Assembly (NCBI GenBank): GCA_913065025.1
Contig: CAJYAP010000003.1
Span: forward strand, 5,876 to 69,875
Direction of reading: 5' to 3'
Length of the DNA: 64,000 nucleotides
Source of the DNA: an uncultured Gammaproteobacteria bacterium
GTDB taxonomy: Bacteria; Pseudomonadota; Gammaproteobacteria; Poriferisulfidales; GCA-002705445
A model generated the notes under the pieces. The model did no database searches. It was not told the origin of the DNA and saw nothing but the letters and a program-made list of their open reading frames with translations. The position numbers were made by a program, and so were the translations under genes. Of this stretch, positions 28,663 through 40,364 are shown in pieces. How positions within the stretch are numbered: the first letter of the stretch is position 1; each line of letters opens with the position of its first letter.

Positions 28663-30156
28663 ATGGTTCATTTATATCAATCTTTAAAAAACACAGTCAA
28701 ATTTGGCTTCAAATCTAAAATAATAGAAGATAGTTTAGGTAACTCAGTATCAAATTTTGGGCTAATATTTAAATCAATATTGCTTGGGAATATCCTTTTA
28801 AGGTTATTAGAAAATAACTCAGCTAGACCAATTGGTCTAATGTTGCCGAATATAGTTCCTACAGCAATTATCTTTTTTGCTATTCAATATTTAGGTAAAA
28901 CAGCGGCAATAATAAATTTTACATCTGGCTCAAAAAATATAATCTCTTGTCTTGAAAAGTCAGATATAAAATACATAGTAACTTCTAAAAAATTTATTGA
29001 CCAAGGTGATATGGGGTCTTTAATTACAAAAATTGAGAACAAAAATTACAAGTTTATTTATCTTGAAGACATTAGAAAAATTTTATCCTTGAAAGATAAG
29101 TTATTTGCAATAAAAGATTTTATATTAAATGTTTTCATATCAAAAAAATTAGAAGAAAACCAATCAGCGGTAATTTTATATACTTCTGGCACAGAAAGTG
29201 ATCCAAAAGGAGTTAACCTTACCCATCAAAATCTTTTTTCTAATAGAATGCAGGTTCTTGAATCTCTTAAAATCAATAGAAATGAAAAATTTTTCACTTG
29301 CCTGCCTTTTTTTCATTCTTTTGGACTGGGAATAGGAGTTCTACTTCCCATTTTATATGGATGCAAAGTATTTTTATATCCAACCCCTTTGCATTTTCAG
29401 ACAATTCCAAAACTTATAAATGAAACTAAATCAACTGTCTTTTTCTCAACCGATACCTTTTTAAAAAAATATATTCCACATATAAATAAATCCACTTTTA
29501 ATAATTTAAAATATTTAATTGCTGGAGCTGAAAAAGTAGATGTAAGTACACATGAGCAATATCGTGAATTCGGTGTTCAAATTTTAGAAGGTTACGGTGT
29601 TACTGAGGCGTCCCCAGCTGTTTCTGTTAACACAAAAGAAAATTATAAAATTGGTTCAGTTGGAAAGTTTATTTCAGGAGTTGATTACAAGATTGAGAAA
29701 ATTGATGGTTATGAAGAAGGTGGTTTACTCTTTATAAAAGGAAAAAATGTAATTACAAAATATCTTGGTCAATCAGAAGAATTTGATTGGTATAACACAG
29801 GTGATGTTGTACGTGTTGATAAAGAAGGATACTTATTTATTTTAGGAAGATTAAAAAGGTTTGCAAAAATAGCTGGTGAAATGATTTCATTATCTCAGAT
29901 TGAAGAGTTCCCAAAAAAACTTTGGCCTGAAAATACTAGTATAGTTTGCTCAATAAAAGATGAGAAAAAAGGCGAGGCACTAATATTATTAACTGATAAT
30001 AAAAATTCAAATTTGTCAGAATTATCCAGCTTTATGCAAGAAGCAGGTTTATCAAATCTATATTTTCCAAAAAAAATAAAAATTATAAGTGAATTCCCTA
30101 TATTAGGCAGTGGTAAAATTAATTTTAGAAGTCTGCAAGAGATTGCAGAATCTTAA
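28663..30156 (+). CDS. AMP-dependent synthetase/ligase (acyl-ACP/acyl-CoA synthetase, Aas-like)
   Basis: 497 aa with the adenylation motif YTSGTESDPKGV plus GYGVTEASP and TGDVVRVDKEGYLFILGR. Confidence 0.85.
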   Translation: MVHLYQSLKNTVKFGFKSKIIEDSLGNSVSNFGLIFKSILLGNILLRLLENNSARPIGLMLPNIVPTAIIFFAIQYLGKTAAIINFTSGSKNIISCLEKSDIKYIVTSKKFIDQGDMGSLITKIENKNYKFIYLEDIRKILSLKDKLFAIKDFILNVFISKKLEENQSAVILYTSGTESDPKGVNLTHQNLFSNRMQVLESLKINRNEKFFTCLPFFHSFGLGIGVLLPILYGCKVFLYPTPLHFQTIPKLINETKSTVFFSTDTFLKKYIPHINKSTFNNLKYLIAGAEKVDVSTHEQYREFGVQILEGYGVTEASPAVSVNTKENYKIGSVGKFISGVDYKIEKIDGYEEGGLLFIKGKNVITKYLGQSEEFDWYNTGDVVRVDKEGYLFILGRLKRFAKIAGEMISLSQIEEFPKKLWPENTSIVCSIKDEKKGEALILLTDNKNSNLSELSSFMQEAGLSNLYFPKKIKIISEFPILGSGKINFRSLQEIAES

Positions 30157-31214
30157 AAAAATTCTTTATTTAATCTATTTCCCAAAGAACATATTAACTC
30201 ATATGGTATAGCGTCTATTGAAGATGACACTTCTTTGATATTTATATTTTCCCCCCATAATTCGACATTTGACCCTACTTGAATATTTTTATCTTGAATA
30301 TCTATCATAGTGATATCCATCGAAACTCGGCCAACTATATTAAAAAAATTTCCACCAAAAAAAACTTTACCAATATTGCCTAATCTTCTCGGAATACCAT
30401 CTCCATAACCAATTCCTACTGCAGCAATCTTTGTATCATTTTTAATCTTATAAGTCTGCCCATAACCAATTGATTCTCCTTTTTTACAGTTTTTAATTGA
30501 GATTACGGGGGCGGTTAAAGTCATTACAGGTTTAACATTAATTATGCTCGGTGAATTACATGGATTTATTCCATAAAGAACTAAACCAGGTCTTATCCAG
30601 TGTTGATTATTATTAAATTTTTTAGAGTATCTAATAGTACCTGCTGAGTTAAAAATACTTAGCTCAACATTCTTTCCATTTACAAAATTCTCTAAAAGAC
30701 TAATTTGTTTATTTGAGAAATTGTCCTCATCTTCATCAGCACAAGCTAAATGAGTCATAATACCAACTTGATCGCTCACATTTTTGCAGTTCTTAAACAC
30801 TTCTTCAAAATCTGAACTATGAAAACCTAGTCTATTCATTCCAGTATCTATCTTAATCCACAATTTTATATTTTTTTTGAGAGTTGTATTTTCTATTATT
30901 TTTACTTGTGAAAAGTCGTGAATTACTGGTCTAATATTATTTTTAGAACAATATTTATATTCATCTTTATTTGAAAATCCTTGCAAACAAACAATTTCTT
31001 TATCTATGTGATTATTTCTTAGATATTTTGCTTCTTCTATTGTTGCTACGGCAAAAGCATCTGACTCTCTAAGTAAATTTGCAACCTCAAGTATGCCATG
31101 ACCATAAGCATCAGATTTAATCATAGACATTACTTTAGACTTTGGTAAAACTTTTCTTATAGCAGATAAATTATTAATTAAATTATTTTTATTAATTAAG
31201 ATGGATCCATTCAT
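30153..31214 (-). CDS. alr: alanine racemase
   Basis: 353 aa with the PLP-lysine region VMSMIKSDAYGHG and a C-terminal GRVSMD motif. It overlaps the dnaB stop by 4 nt. Confidence 0.92.
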   Translation of the reverse strand: MNGSILINKNNLINNLSAIRKVLPKSKVMSMIKSDAYGHGILEVANLLRESDAFAVATIEEAKYLRNNHIDKEIVCLQGFSNKDEYKYCSKNNIRPVIHDFSQVKIIENTTLKKNIKLWIKIDTGMNRLGFHSSDFEEVFKNCKNVSDQVGIMTHLACADEDEDNFSNKQISLLENFVNGKNVELSIFNSAGTIRYSKKFNNNQHWIRPGLVLYGINPCNSPSIINVKPVMTLTAPVISIKNCKKGESIGYGQTYKIKNDTKIAAVGIGYGDGIPRRLGNIGKVFFGGNFFNIVGRVSMDITMIDIQDKNIQVGSNVELWGENINIKEVSSSIDAIPYELICSLGNRLNKEFF

Positions 31215-32584
31215 TTAAAGCCCTCAGGAGCAGAGTATATCTCTGGAGTATAGTTTTCAAATCTAGTACATTCTCCAAGAAATGTTAAGGTAGTTTTAAA
31301 AATTGGTCCATTTCTCTGTTTTGCTATTATGATTTCCGCTTTGCCTTTATCTGTAGAATCCTCATTATAAACTTCGTCTCTATAAATGAATGCTATTAAA
31401 TCAGCGTCTTGCTCTATAGCACCTGATTCTCTTAAATCTGACATAATAGGTCTTTTATCAGTTCTATTTTCTAAACTTCTATTTAATTGTGATAACGCTA
31501 CAACAGGAACATCTAATTCTCTAGCCAAAGCTTTAAGAGATCTTGATATCTCAGATAGTTCAGTGGCTCTATTTTCAGAATTACTAGATAGCTGCATTAA
31601 TTGCATATAGTCTATTACAATTAAATCTAAACCTTTTTCTCTTTTAAGTCTTCTTGACCTTGCTCTTATGTCAGTAGGTGTTAAAGCAGGGGTGTCATCA
31701 ATAAAAATATTAGCTTTAGATAATAATGCGACTGCATTTGTTAGTCTTGGCCAGTCATCATCAGTAAGTTTCCCAGTTCTAATTTTTTGCTGATTAATTC
31801 TACCCATAGAAGATATTAGTCTTGTAGATAATTGGGTTCCTGACATTTCCATACTAAAAATTGCTGTTACTGCATCATTTTTCAAAGATGCATATTCAGC
31901 CAAGTTCATAGCGAAACTCGTTTTACCCATTGACGGTCTTCCAGCAACTATTATAAGATCGCCTCCTTGTAAACCAGTTGTTTTATTATCAAATTCACTA
32001 AACCCAGTTGCTACACCAGTAACAGATTCTCCATTTTCAGCTCGTTCTTCAATTTGTTCCAAAGACTCTTTAACTAAGTCATTGATATTTTGAAAACCGT
32101 TATTTGCTTTCAATGATTCTTCAGATATATTAAATATTTTTTGTTCTGCTTCATCAAGTAAAGCTTTACTATCTATTCCACCATCGCGAGATTTTTCAAT
32201 CAAACTATTGCTTACGTTTATTAGTTGTCTAAGAATAGATTGCTCTCTAACAATACTCGCGTATGCTTTAATATTAGCTGCAGACGGAGTTTGATTTATT
32301 ATTTCTGACAAGTATGTTGAAAAAGATTTATCATCCGATATATTTACCTTTTCATTTATGGTAACAATATCAAAAGGAATATTGTCATTAACTAGATTTA
32401 CAATACATGAGTAAATTTTTCTATGTTCTTGGTTGTAAAAATCATTAACTTGCAAAATATCAGCAATTTGCTCCCAAGCTTCATTATCTAATATAAGGCC
32501 CCCCAGAACAGCTATTTCCGCCTCAATAGAATTAGGAGAATTGTTAAGACCTTGAAATGTAAGACTTTTACTCATTATGAACAA
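31211..32584 (-). CDS. dnaB: replicative DNA helicase
   Basis: 457 aa with Walker A GRPSMGKTSF, Walker B LIVIDYMQLM and ALSQLNRSLE. Confidence 0.96.
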   Translation of the reverse strand: MFIMSKSLTFQGLNNSPNSIEAEIAVLGGLILDNEAWEQIADILQVNDFYNQEHRKIYSCIVNLVNDNIPFDIVTINEKVNISDDKSFSTYLSEIINQTPSAANIKAYASIVREQSILRQLINVSNSLIEKSRDGGIDSKALLDEAEQKIFNISEESLKANNGFQNINDLVKESLEQIEERAENGESVTGVATGFSEFDNKTTGLQGGDLIIVAGRPSMGKTSFAMNLAEYASLKNDAVTAIFSMEMSGTQLSTRLISSMGRINQQKIRTGKLTDDDWPRLTNAVALLSKANIFIDDTPALTPTDIRARSRRLKREKGLDLIVIDYMQLMQLSSNSENRATELSEISRSLKALARELDVPVVALSQLNRSLENRTDKRPIMSDLRESGAIEQDADLIAFIYRDEVYNEDSTDKGKAEIIIAKQRNGPIFKTTLTFLGECTRFENYTPEIYSAPEGFK

Positions 32585-32615
32585 CCAAGCTTTATTATTC
32601 TAATATTTTATATTA

Positions 32616-33071
32616 TCAGCTTTGATTATTTGTTTCGACAATTAGATTAATTATTGCGTTTGTCTCTATACCTAGATGTATACTTATAGAATATTCACCA
32701 ATTTTTTTAATTGCCCCGTCAGGCATTCTGATCTCTTTACGCTCTATTTCTTGATCGTTAGCTAGAAGTTGCTTCTCGACTTCATATGGGCCAATTGAAC
32801 CAAACAATAAACCTTCTTCATTTGCTTCTGCTACTATTTTTATAGTAAAACCGTCTAGTTTTTCTTTTCTTTTTAAAGCAATATCAAGAGTCTCTTTAGC
32901 AATTTTTTCAAGCTCCTCTCTTTTTTCCTCAAACTCTTTAAGATTCTCTTCAGTAGCATATTTTGCTTTAGCTTTTGGAATAAGATGATTTCTAGCAAAA
33001 CCAGGTTTTACGTTAACTTTATCTCCTAGGTCACCTAAATTTTCAATTTTCTCAAGTAATATTACTTCCAT
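32616..33071 (-). CDS. rplI: 50S ribosomal protein L9
   Basis: 151 aa beginning MEVILLEKIENLGDLGDKVNVKPGFARNHLIP. Confidence 0.95.
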   Translation of the reverse strand: MEVILLEKIENLGDLGDKVNVKPGFARNHLIPKAKAKYATEENLKEFEEKREELEKIAKETLDIALKRKEKLDGFTIKIVAEANEEGLLFGSIGPYEVEKQLLANDQEIERKEIRMPDGAIKKIGEYSISIHLGIETNAIINLIVETNNQS

Positions 33072-33088
33072 TAGTATAGTCCTATGTT

Positions 33089-33313
33089 TTAGTGATTATC
33101 AGAGTATGGAATTAGAGCTAAAAAACGTGCTCTCTTAACAGCAGTTGATATCTGTCTTTGGTATTTTGCTTTTGTACCAGTAATCCTACTAGGTAAAATT
33201 TTTCCGGTTTCAGTAATATACTCTCTTATAAGATTAAGGTCTTTATAATCAATTTCAGAAATACCTTCCTTTGTAAATTTACAAAATTTTTGTTTTTTAA
33301 AATATCTAGACAT
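33089..33313 (-). CDS. rpsR: 30S ribosomal protein S18
   Basis: [25 protein letters not shown] matches the S18 N-terminus. The start is chosen at 33313; the track ORF extends to 33331. Confidence 0.95.
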   Translation of the reverse strand: MSRYFKKQKFCKFTKEGISEIDYKDLNLIREYITETGKILPSRITGTKAKYQRQISTAVKRARFLALIPYSDNH

Positions 33314-33713
33314 TTTCAGCTCCACTTTCAATAGAATTTATATTATCTGAACTTGTTTCTACTTTTTTAGTAACTTCTTCTTTATTACTCTCTTCTTCAT
33401 TAGTTAATATAGATGAATTTTCGGTAATAGCTGCTTTTCTTTGTAAAATCATATTTCTTATTACAGCATCATTAAATTTAAAGTTTGAAGATAACTCTTT
33501 TATAACTTCTATACTACATTCTATATTTAGGAGAATGTAATGCGCTTTATGAATTTTATTTATTGGGTATGCTAACTGTCTTCTTCCCCAGTCTTCTTCC
33601 CTATGTATTTTACCACCGCTTTTAGAAATGATACCTGAGTATTTTTTTATCATATCAGGAACTTGATCACTTTGATCGGGATGAACTAAAAAAACTATTT
33701 CGTAATGTCTCAT
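33306..33713 (-). CDS. rpsF: 30S ribosomal protein S6
   Basis: 135 aa beginning [18 protein letters not shown], with an acidic C-terminal tail. No priB lies between rpsF and rpsR. Confidence 0.95.
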   Translation of the reverse strand: MRHYEIVFLVHPDQSDQVPDMIKKYSGIISKSGGKIHREEDWGRRQLAYPINKIHKAHYILLNIECSIEVIKELSSNFKFNDAVIRNMILQRKAAITENSSILTNEEESNKEEVTKKVETSSDNINSIESGAENV

Positions 33714-33798
33714 ATTTTTCCTTATGGTTTATTGTCTCTTGGATTTTCCAAGCAGAACAAGGAAAATGCATTTTACAGAATGAATACTAAGACTGCAA

Positions 33799-34545
33799 TT
33801 ATTTTATTTTTGAGTATATAGTATTGATTAAAATACCTGTTGCTACAGCCATATTGAGGCTTTCAACGACACCATTCATATTAATTTTAAGAGTATAATC
33901 ACAACTTTCCAAGGTTTTTTTTCTCAAACCATTAGATTCTCCGCCAATAATAAGAGCAATTGGTGTTTTAAAAGACAACTGATTAACATCATTTGAGGCT
34001 TTATCCGAAGCTCCATAAATCCAGTAATCATTTTTTTTCAGCATATCAAGAACTCTAGAAATATTTTTCACTCTTATTACCGGTATTGTTTCAGCAGACC
34101 CTGCTGCAACCTTTTTAACAGTTTCATTTAAATTAACAGAATCATGGTCTTTTATAATAACAGCAGAAATATTATAGGCATCGCATATTCGTAAACATGC
34201 ACCTAAGTTTCTTGGATCCGAAACCTCATCTAAAATAAGTAAAATCTGATTCTCATGCTGACTCTTGATAAAACTAATCATATCTTTTTCAATAATTTCA
34301 GTTTTCTTCTTAGCAATCGCTAATACACCTTGGTGACTTTTAACATTTGAAATTTCATATATTTTATCATTAGACATTTTTTGAATGGTGATATTATTTT
34401 TTTTTGCTTCATTTGATATGGCGTCAAATTTACTTGAACTTTTGTCAGATAAATAGATTTCATATACATCAAATGGTCTTACTTTAAGTAAAATCCTTAC
34501 TGCATGTATTCCAACAATATTATCTTTACTAGAATTCTTTTTCAT
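33799..34545 (-). CDS. rlmB: 23S rRNA (guanosine-2'-O)-methyltransferase RlmB (SpoU/TrmH family)
   Basis: 248 aa with SpoU motifs LDEVSDPRNLGACLR and LIIGGESNGL plus SLNMAVATGI. It lies downstream of rnr, the conserved pairing. Confidence 0.88.
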   Translation of the reverse strand: MKKNSSKDNIVGIHAVRILLKVRPFDVYEIYLSDKSSSKFDAISNEAKKNNITIQKMSNDKIYEISNVKSHQGVLAIAKKKTEIIEKDMISFIKSQHENQILLILDEVSDPRNLGACLRICDAYNISAVIIKDHDSVNLNETVKKVAAGSAETIPVIRVKNISRVLDMLKKNDYWIYGASDKASNDVNQLSFKTPIALIIGGESNGLRKKTLESCDYTLKINMNGVVESLNMAVATGILINTIYSKIK

Positions 34546-36047
34546 TTTTTTGCTAATATAAAATCAATCTTTTTTTCAGACGGGAATGCACTATGTAATT
34601 TCACATTAATTTTATCACCTATCTTATATATTTTCTTTGATTTATCTCCAATTAAAATATTCTTTTTTTCATTATAAATAAAATATTCATTTCCTAAACT
34701 AGAAATATGGATTAGACCTTGGATTGGCTCTTCTATGACCGAAATAAATAATCCAAAATTAACGATTGAATTGACAGTTGCTGTAAATGTTTTTCCTATA
34801 AATTTCGTAGCGTAATTACAAAGCAAAATAGATTGTAATTCTCTTTCAGCTGATTCGGAATTTCGTTCATTTTCGGAGCAAGTTAAACCAATTTTTTCTA
34901 AGTTATTAAAATCATACTTTGATTCTTTTTTTTCAATAATATTCTTTATTATTCTATGCACTATTAAATCTGGATAGCGACGTATTGGAGATGTAAAGTG
35001 ATTGTATGATTTTAAAGCTAATCCAAAATGACCTATATTCTTAGGAGTATATTCTGCTCTCGACATTGATCTTAGTAGTATTGATGTTACAAGATTGTCG
35101 TCTAACTTTTTTCTAGCTAATTCTATCAATTTATTTATATCTTCAGTATTAGGTATTTTAGACTTAGAGAGAGTGTAACCAAGGTTTTTTAAGGAAATTG
35201 ATGCATCTTCAATCTTTTCTAGAGTTGGTTCATCATGGACTCTATAAAGTGAAGCAGATTTATTTTTTTTGATAAAAAGGCTACTTGCAACATTCGCCAT
35301 TATCATACATTCTTCAATAAGTTTTTGTGATTCTAGTCTAACGTTATTTTTTAAACCTTTTATTTCATTATTCTTATCAAGAACAAATGAAAATTCTTGC
35401 GTATCAAAATTAACAGCATTTCTTTTTTCTCTAGATTTTTTAAGAATTTTATATAATTCAAAAAGATTATTAATATTTTCTACAACATTCTTATCTTTAA
35501 TAATATTTTTATTATTTAAATATTCATCTACTTGGTTATATGTTAATCTTGCTGAAGAATTGATAAGGGCATTATAAAATTTATATGTTTTTATTTTTCC
35601 ATCATTGCCAATAAGAATTTCAGCAACAATAGTATACTTGTCTTCACTTGGTCGAAGAGAGCATAAATTATTAGATAGTATTTCTGGGAGCATTGGAACA
35701 ACATAGCCAGGAAAATAAGTAGACGTTCCTCTTTTTCTTGCTTCCTTATCTATATTCGAGTTATTTTCAACATAATGAGCAACATCAGCTATTGCAACAT
35801 ATAACTTCCAGCTTCCTTCAAATTTTTCGCAGTACACAGCATCGTCAAAATCTTTTGCATCTTCACCATCTATTGTTACAAAATCTAGATCCTTTAAATT
35901 TTTTCTTTTAAAAGATTTCTTTTTAAATTTTTTCTTTTTATATTCCTGTATATCTTTTGTAACTCCTTTATTCCAGACATTACTAAGATTAAATTTTTTA
36001 ATAATTTTTTCAATTTCTTCATTAAGTCTGAATTTTATTTTTTTCAT
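34542..36047 (-). CDS. rnr: RNase R/II-family 3'-5' exoribonuclease (short form: RNB + S1 only)
   Basis: 501 aa. The RNB catalytic motif TIDGEDAKDFDDAVYC begins at about residue 57, and HFGLALKSYNHFTSPIRRYPDL is present. The C-terminal S1-like domain contains NFGLFISV. Confidence 0.88.
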   Translation of the reverse strand: MKKIKFRLNEEIEKIIKKFNLSNVWNKGVTKDIQEYKKKKFKKKSFKRKNLKDLDFVTIDGEDAKDFDDAVYCEKFEGSWKLYVAIADVAHYVENNSNIDKEARKRGTSTYFPGYVVPMLPEILSNNLCSLRPSEDKYTIVAEILIGNDGKIKTYKFYNALINSSARLTYNQVDEYLNNKNIIKDKNVVENINNLFELYKILKKSREKRNAVNFDTQEFSFVLDKNNEIKGLKNNVRLESQKLIEECMIMANVASSLFIKKNKSASLYRVHDEPTLEKIEDASISLKNLGYTLSKSKIPNTEDINKLIELARKKLDDNLVTSILLRSMSRAEYTPKNIGHFGLALKSYNHFTSPIRRYPDLIVHRIIKNIIEKKESKYDFNNLEKIGLTCSENERNSESAERELQSILLCNYATKFIGKTFTATVNSIVNFGLFISVIEEPIQGLIHISSLGNEYFIYNEKKNILIGDKSKKIYKIGDKINVKLHSAFPSEKKIDFILAKK

Positions 36048-36122
36048 ATTATATGTTGTTGAACTATATTCGAGGAGAATTTGGGTAGGTGAGTCTTACA
36101 AAAAATTTTCAATTTATTTTTT

Positions 36123-37919
<1,797 letters not shown>

Positions 37920-38048
37920 TTAATTGTTAATTTAAACGGATTGTGTTGCAAAAAACTATTATCCAAATAAACTTATCTGACATAAAAGAAGTTTGCAAGT
38001 GTATTTGTTATAATTGGTTTGTTTTATAAAGATTATTTGGGAATTAGT

Positions 38049-38696
38049 ATGAGAGTAACAAAGAAAAACATGATTGAAAGCCAGCTGAAGCCTGAAGGGA
38101 TAAGTTGCCCTGAAACTATCAATTGTATTTCTAAGGTGGATAGAGAGGATTTTGTTCCAAAAGAGTTCGTGGATTCCTCATATGCTGAATATGATATTCC
38201 ATTGGGAAATAATTATTCAATGTTAAGACCAATAATTACCGCAAAGATTTTACAATTATTGAAAATCACGAAAGGCGATGAAATTTTAGAAATTGGAACT
38301 GGTAGTGGTTATCTAACCTGCTGTTTATCCATTATGGGTAAGGAAGTTGATACAGTTGATATAGATGAAAATATTCAAAAAAAAGCCAAACAATCTAATA
38401 ACTCATACAATACTTATAATATTAATTATATTAATGAAGATATTTTTTCTAACTGGACTCCAAAAAAAAAATATGATGTTATAATTATTACTGGATCAAT
38501 AGATTCAAGAATTGAAAAACTTGAAGATGCCTTGAACGTAAATGGACGAATGTTTGCTGTAATTGGACAGTATCCTGTAATGAATGTAAACATCATTAAG
38601 CGAGTTTCAGAAGAAAAAGTTATATTTGATCAGTCGTTTGAAACAACATTAGAACCATTAAAAAATATTAACAAAAAAAGTTATTTAAATTTTTAA
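38049..38696 (+). CDS. protein-L-isoaspartate O-methyltransferase-like SAM methyltransferase
   Basis: SAM motif ILEIGTGSGYLT. The ATG is at 38049; the track uses TTG 38019. It is followed by rhodanese and tolC genes. Confidence 0.75.
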   Translation: MRVTKKNMIESQLKPEGISCPETINCISKVDREDFVPKEFVDSSYAEYDIPLGNNYSMLRPIITAKILQLLKITKGDEILEIGTGSGYLTCCLSIMGKEVDTVDIDENIQKKAKQSNNSYNTYNINYINEDIFSNWTPKKKYDVIIITGSIDSRIEKLEDALNVNGRMFAVIGQYPVMNVNIIKRVSEEKVIFDQSFETTLEPLKNINKKSYLNF

Positions 38697-38709
38697 TATA
38701 ATTAATTTT

Positions 38710-39027
38710 ATGATAGAAATGACAGCTCTTGAGCTTAATGAATACATTGCCAATAATTCAAATATTGTATTAATAGATGTAAGAGAAACATGGGAGTACA
38801 ATGTTGCTTATATAAAAGATTCAATTCATATTCCTATTTCAGAAATTCAAAATAGAATGCACGATTTCAATGAAGACGAAACAATAGTTTTTATATGTCA
38901 CCATGGAGTAAGAAGTAGAATGGTTGGTAATTATTTTCAGCAAAACGACTATGAAAATATAATTAATTTGAGAGGTGGGATAGATTCTTGGGCTAAGACA
39001 GTTGATAATCAAATGGCGGTCTATTAA
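38710..39027 (+). CDS. single-domain rhodanese sulfurtransferase
   Basis: 105 aa with the active-site loop CHHGVRS. Confidence 0.85.
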   Translation: MIEMTALELNEYIANNSNIVLIDVRETWEYNVAYIKDSIHIPISEIQNRMHDFNEDETIVFICHHGVRSRMVGNYFQQNDYENIINLRGGIDSWAKTVDNQMAVY

Positions 39028-39038
39028 ATAATTTTATT

Positions 39039-40364
39039 ATGAAATACTTTATGCGCTTTTTTTATTTTTTGATTTTATATATTCTTCCTATTAATATTGT
39101 CTATGCGGTAGATTTAATCGAGGTGTACAATATTGCTGTTAAGAATGACCCAGAGCTAATGGCTTCGGAAGCTAAACATAAAGCTACAATGCAAGATTAT
39201 CCAATAGCAAGGTCATATCTATTACCTAATTTAAAATTTTCAGCTAGCAGTCAAAGAACAAGAGAGTCTATTGATGGCTCGGTATACGGTAGATCAACTT
39301 CAACAACTCAATTTACAACGGATGAATATAGCATAAACTTGAAGCAGCCTTTATACAGAAGAGATTTATTTGCATTGCTAGAAAAGTCAGAATATGAAGT
39401 TGCAAAGTCGCTTGCTGAAAGAGATGCAGCACGACAAGATTTAATTATTAGAGTTTCTGAGTCTTATTTTAATATATTAGATAGTATAGATAATATAAGC
39501 TATGTTAAGTCTGAAAATGTTGCAATAAAGTCTCAATTAAGTGAATCAAAAAAAAGACTCGAGGTGGGATTGATTGCTATAACTGATTATGCTGAAGCTC
39601 AAGCATCCTACGATTTGTCAGAAACAAAATATATTGAAGCAGAAAATTTAAGTGACCTTTCAAAAGAGTCTTTGTATGTCTTAACAGGCAAGCAGTTTAA
39701 AAAATTTTCATCTTTAACGCTTGATATAAAAGTTAAAGATCCGAATCCAGATAATATAAAAGCTTGGGAAGATTTTGCAATTAAACAAAATTTAGAGTTA
39801 TTGGCTTATAAACGAGCACAAGACGTTGCAATAACGAATCTTAAGTACGAGCGATCTAAACATTTTCCAACCCTTGATATATATGGGGCTGTGAAAGAAA
39901 CAGACAAAGGAGGAGGTTCATCTGGTGCTTTTGAATCTAATAATGATTACATAGGTATAGAACTTAACATCCCAATTTTTATTGGCGGCAACACGTATTA
40001 TAATAGTAAAAAGGCATATTATTTAGAAGAACAAGCAAGATACAATTTGATAAAAAAGAAAAGAGAGATAGTTAGAGATTCAAGACAAGCTTTTTTGAAC
40101 CTAAAATCTAGTATAAGTAAAGTTAAAGCGTCTAAAAAAGCTCTAGAGTCTAATGAATTATCAGTGGAATATAATAAAGCGGGCTTTGAGGTTGGAACAA
40201 GATCAACAACGGATGTTTTATTGGCGTTAAAAGATCTTTTTAAAGCAAAAAAAAATTATTCAAAAGCAAAATACGAATATCTAATAAGTAATTTAAAGCT
40301 AAAAAAATCAATCGGCACATTATCAATAGACGATCTTGAGATAATTAATACTTGGTTAAATTAA
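39039..40364 (+). CDS. tolC: TolC-family outer membrane channel
   Basis: 441 aa with a signal peptide and two repeats of the OEP coiled-coil/beta architecture, beginning DLIEVYNIAVKNDPEL. Confidence 0.88.
   Translation: MKYFMRFFYFLILYILPINIVYAVDLIEVYNIAVKNDPELMASEAKHKATMQDYPIARSYLLPNLKFSASSQRTRESIDGSVYGRSTSTTQFTTDEYSINLKQPLYRRDLFALLEKSEYEVAKSLAERDAARQDLIIRVSESYFNILDSIDNISYVKSENVAIKSQLSESKKRLEVGLIAITDYAEAQASYDLSETKYIEAENLSDLSKESLYVLTGKQFKKFSSLTLDIKVKDPNPDNIKAWEDFAIKQNLELLAYKRAQDVAITNLKYERSKHFPTLDIYGAVKETDKGGGSSGAFESNNDYIGIELNIPIFIGGNTYYNSKKAYYLEEQARYNLIKKKREIVRDSRQAFLNLKSSISKVKASKKALESNELSVEYNKAGFEVGTRSTTDVLLALKDLFKAKKNYSKAKYEYLISNLKLKKSIGTLSIDDLEIINTWLN

Noticed and set aside
33714-33798. 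Possible rpsF 5' leader (S6:S18-binding RNA motif), with a CTTGGA-aaa-TCCAAG hairpin on the minus strand
   Set aside because: I cannot recall the motif consensus well enough to match it. A short hairpin is insufficient evidence, and it would need a covariance-model search.
37957-37980. TGGATAATA fragment upstream of thiC as a possible THI-box remnant
   Set aside because: It lacks CUGAGA, ACCUGA and the pairing partner (CCA) required for the TPP riboswitch core. I report it only as an absence that should be verified with RF00059.
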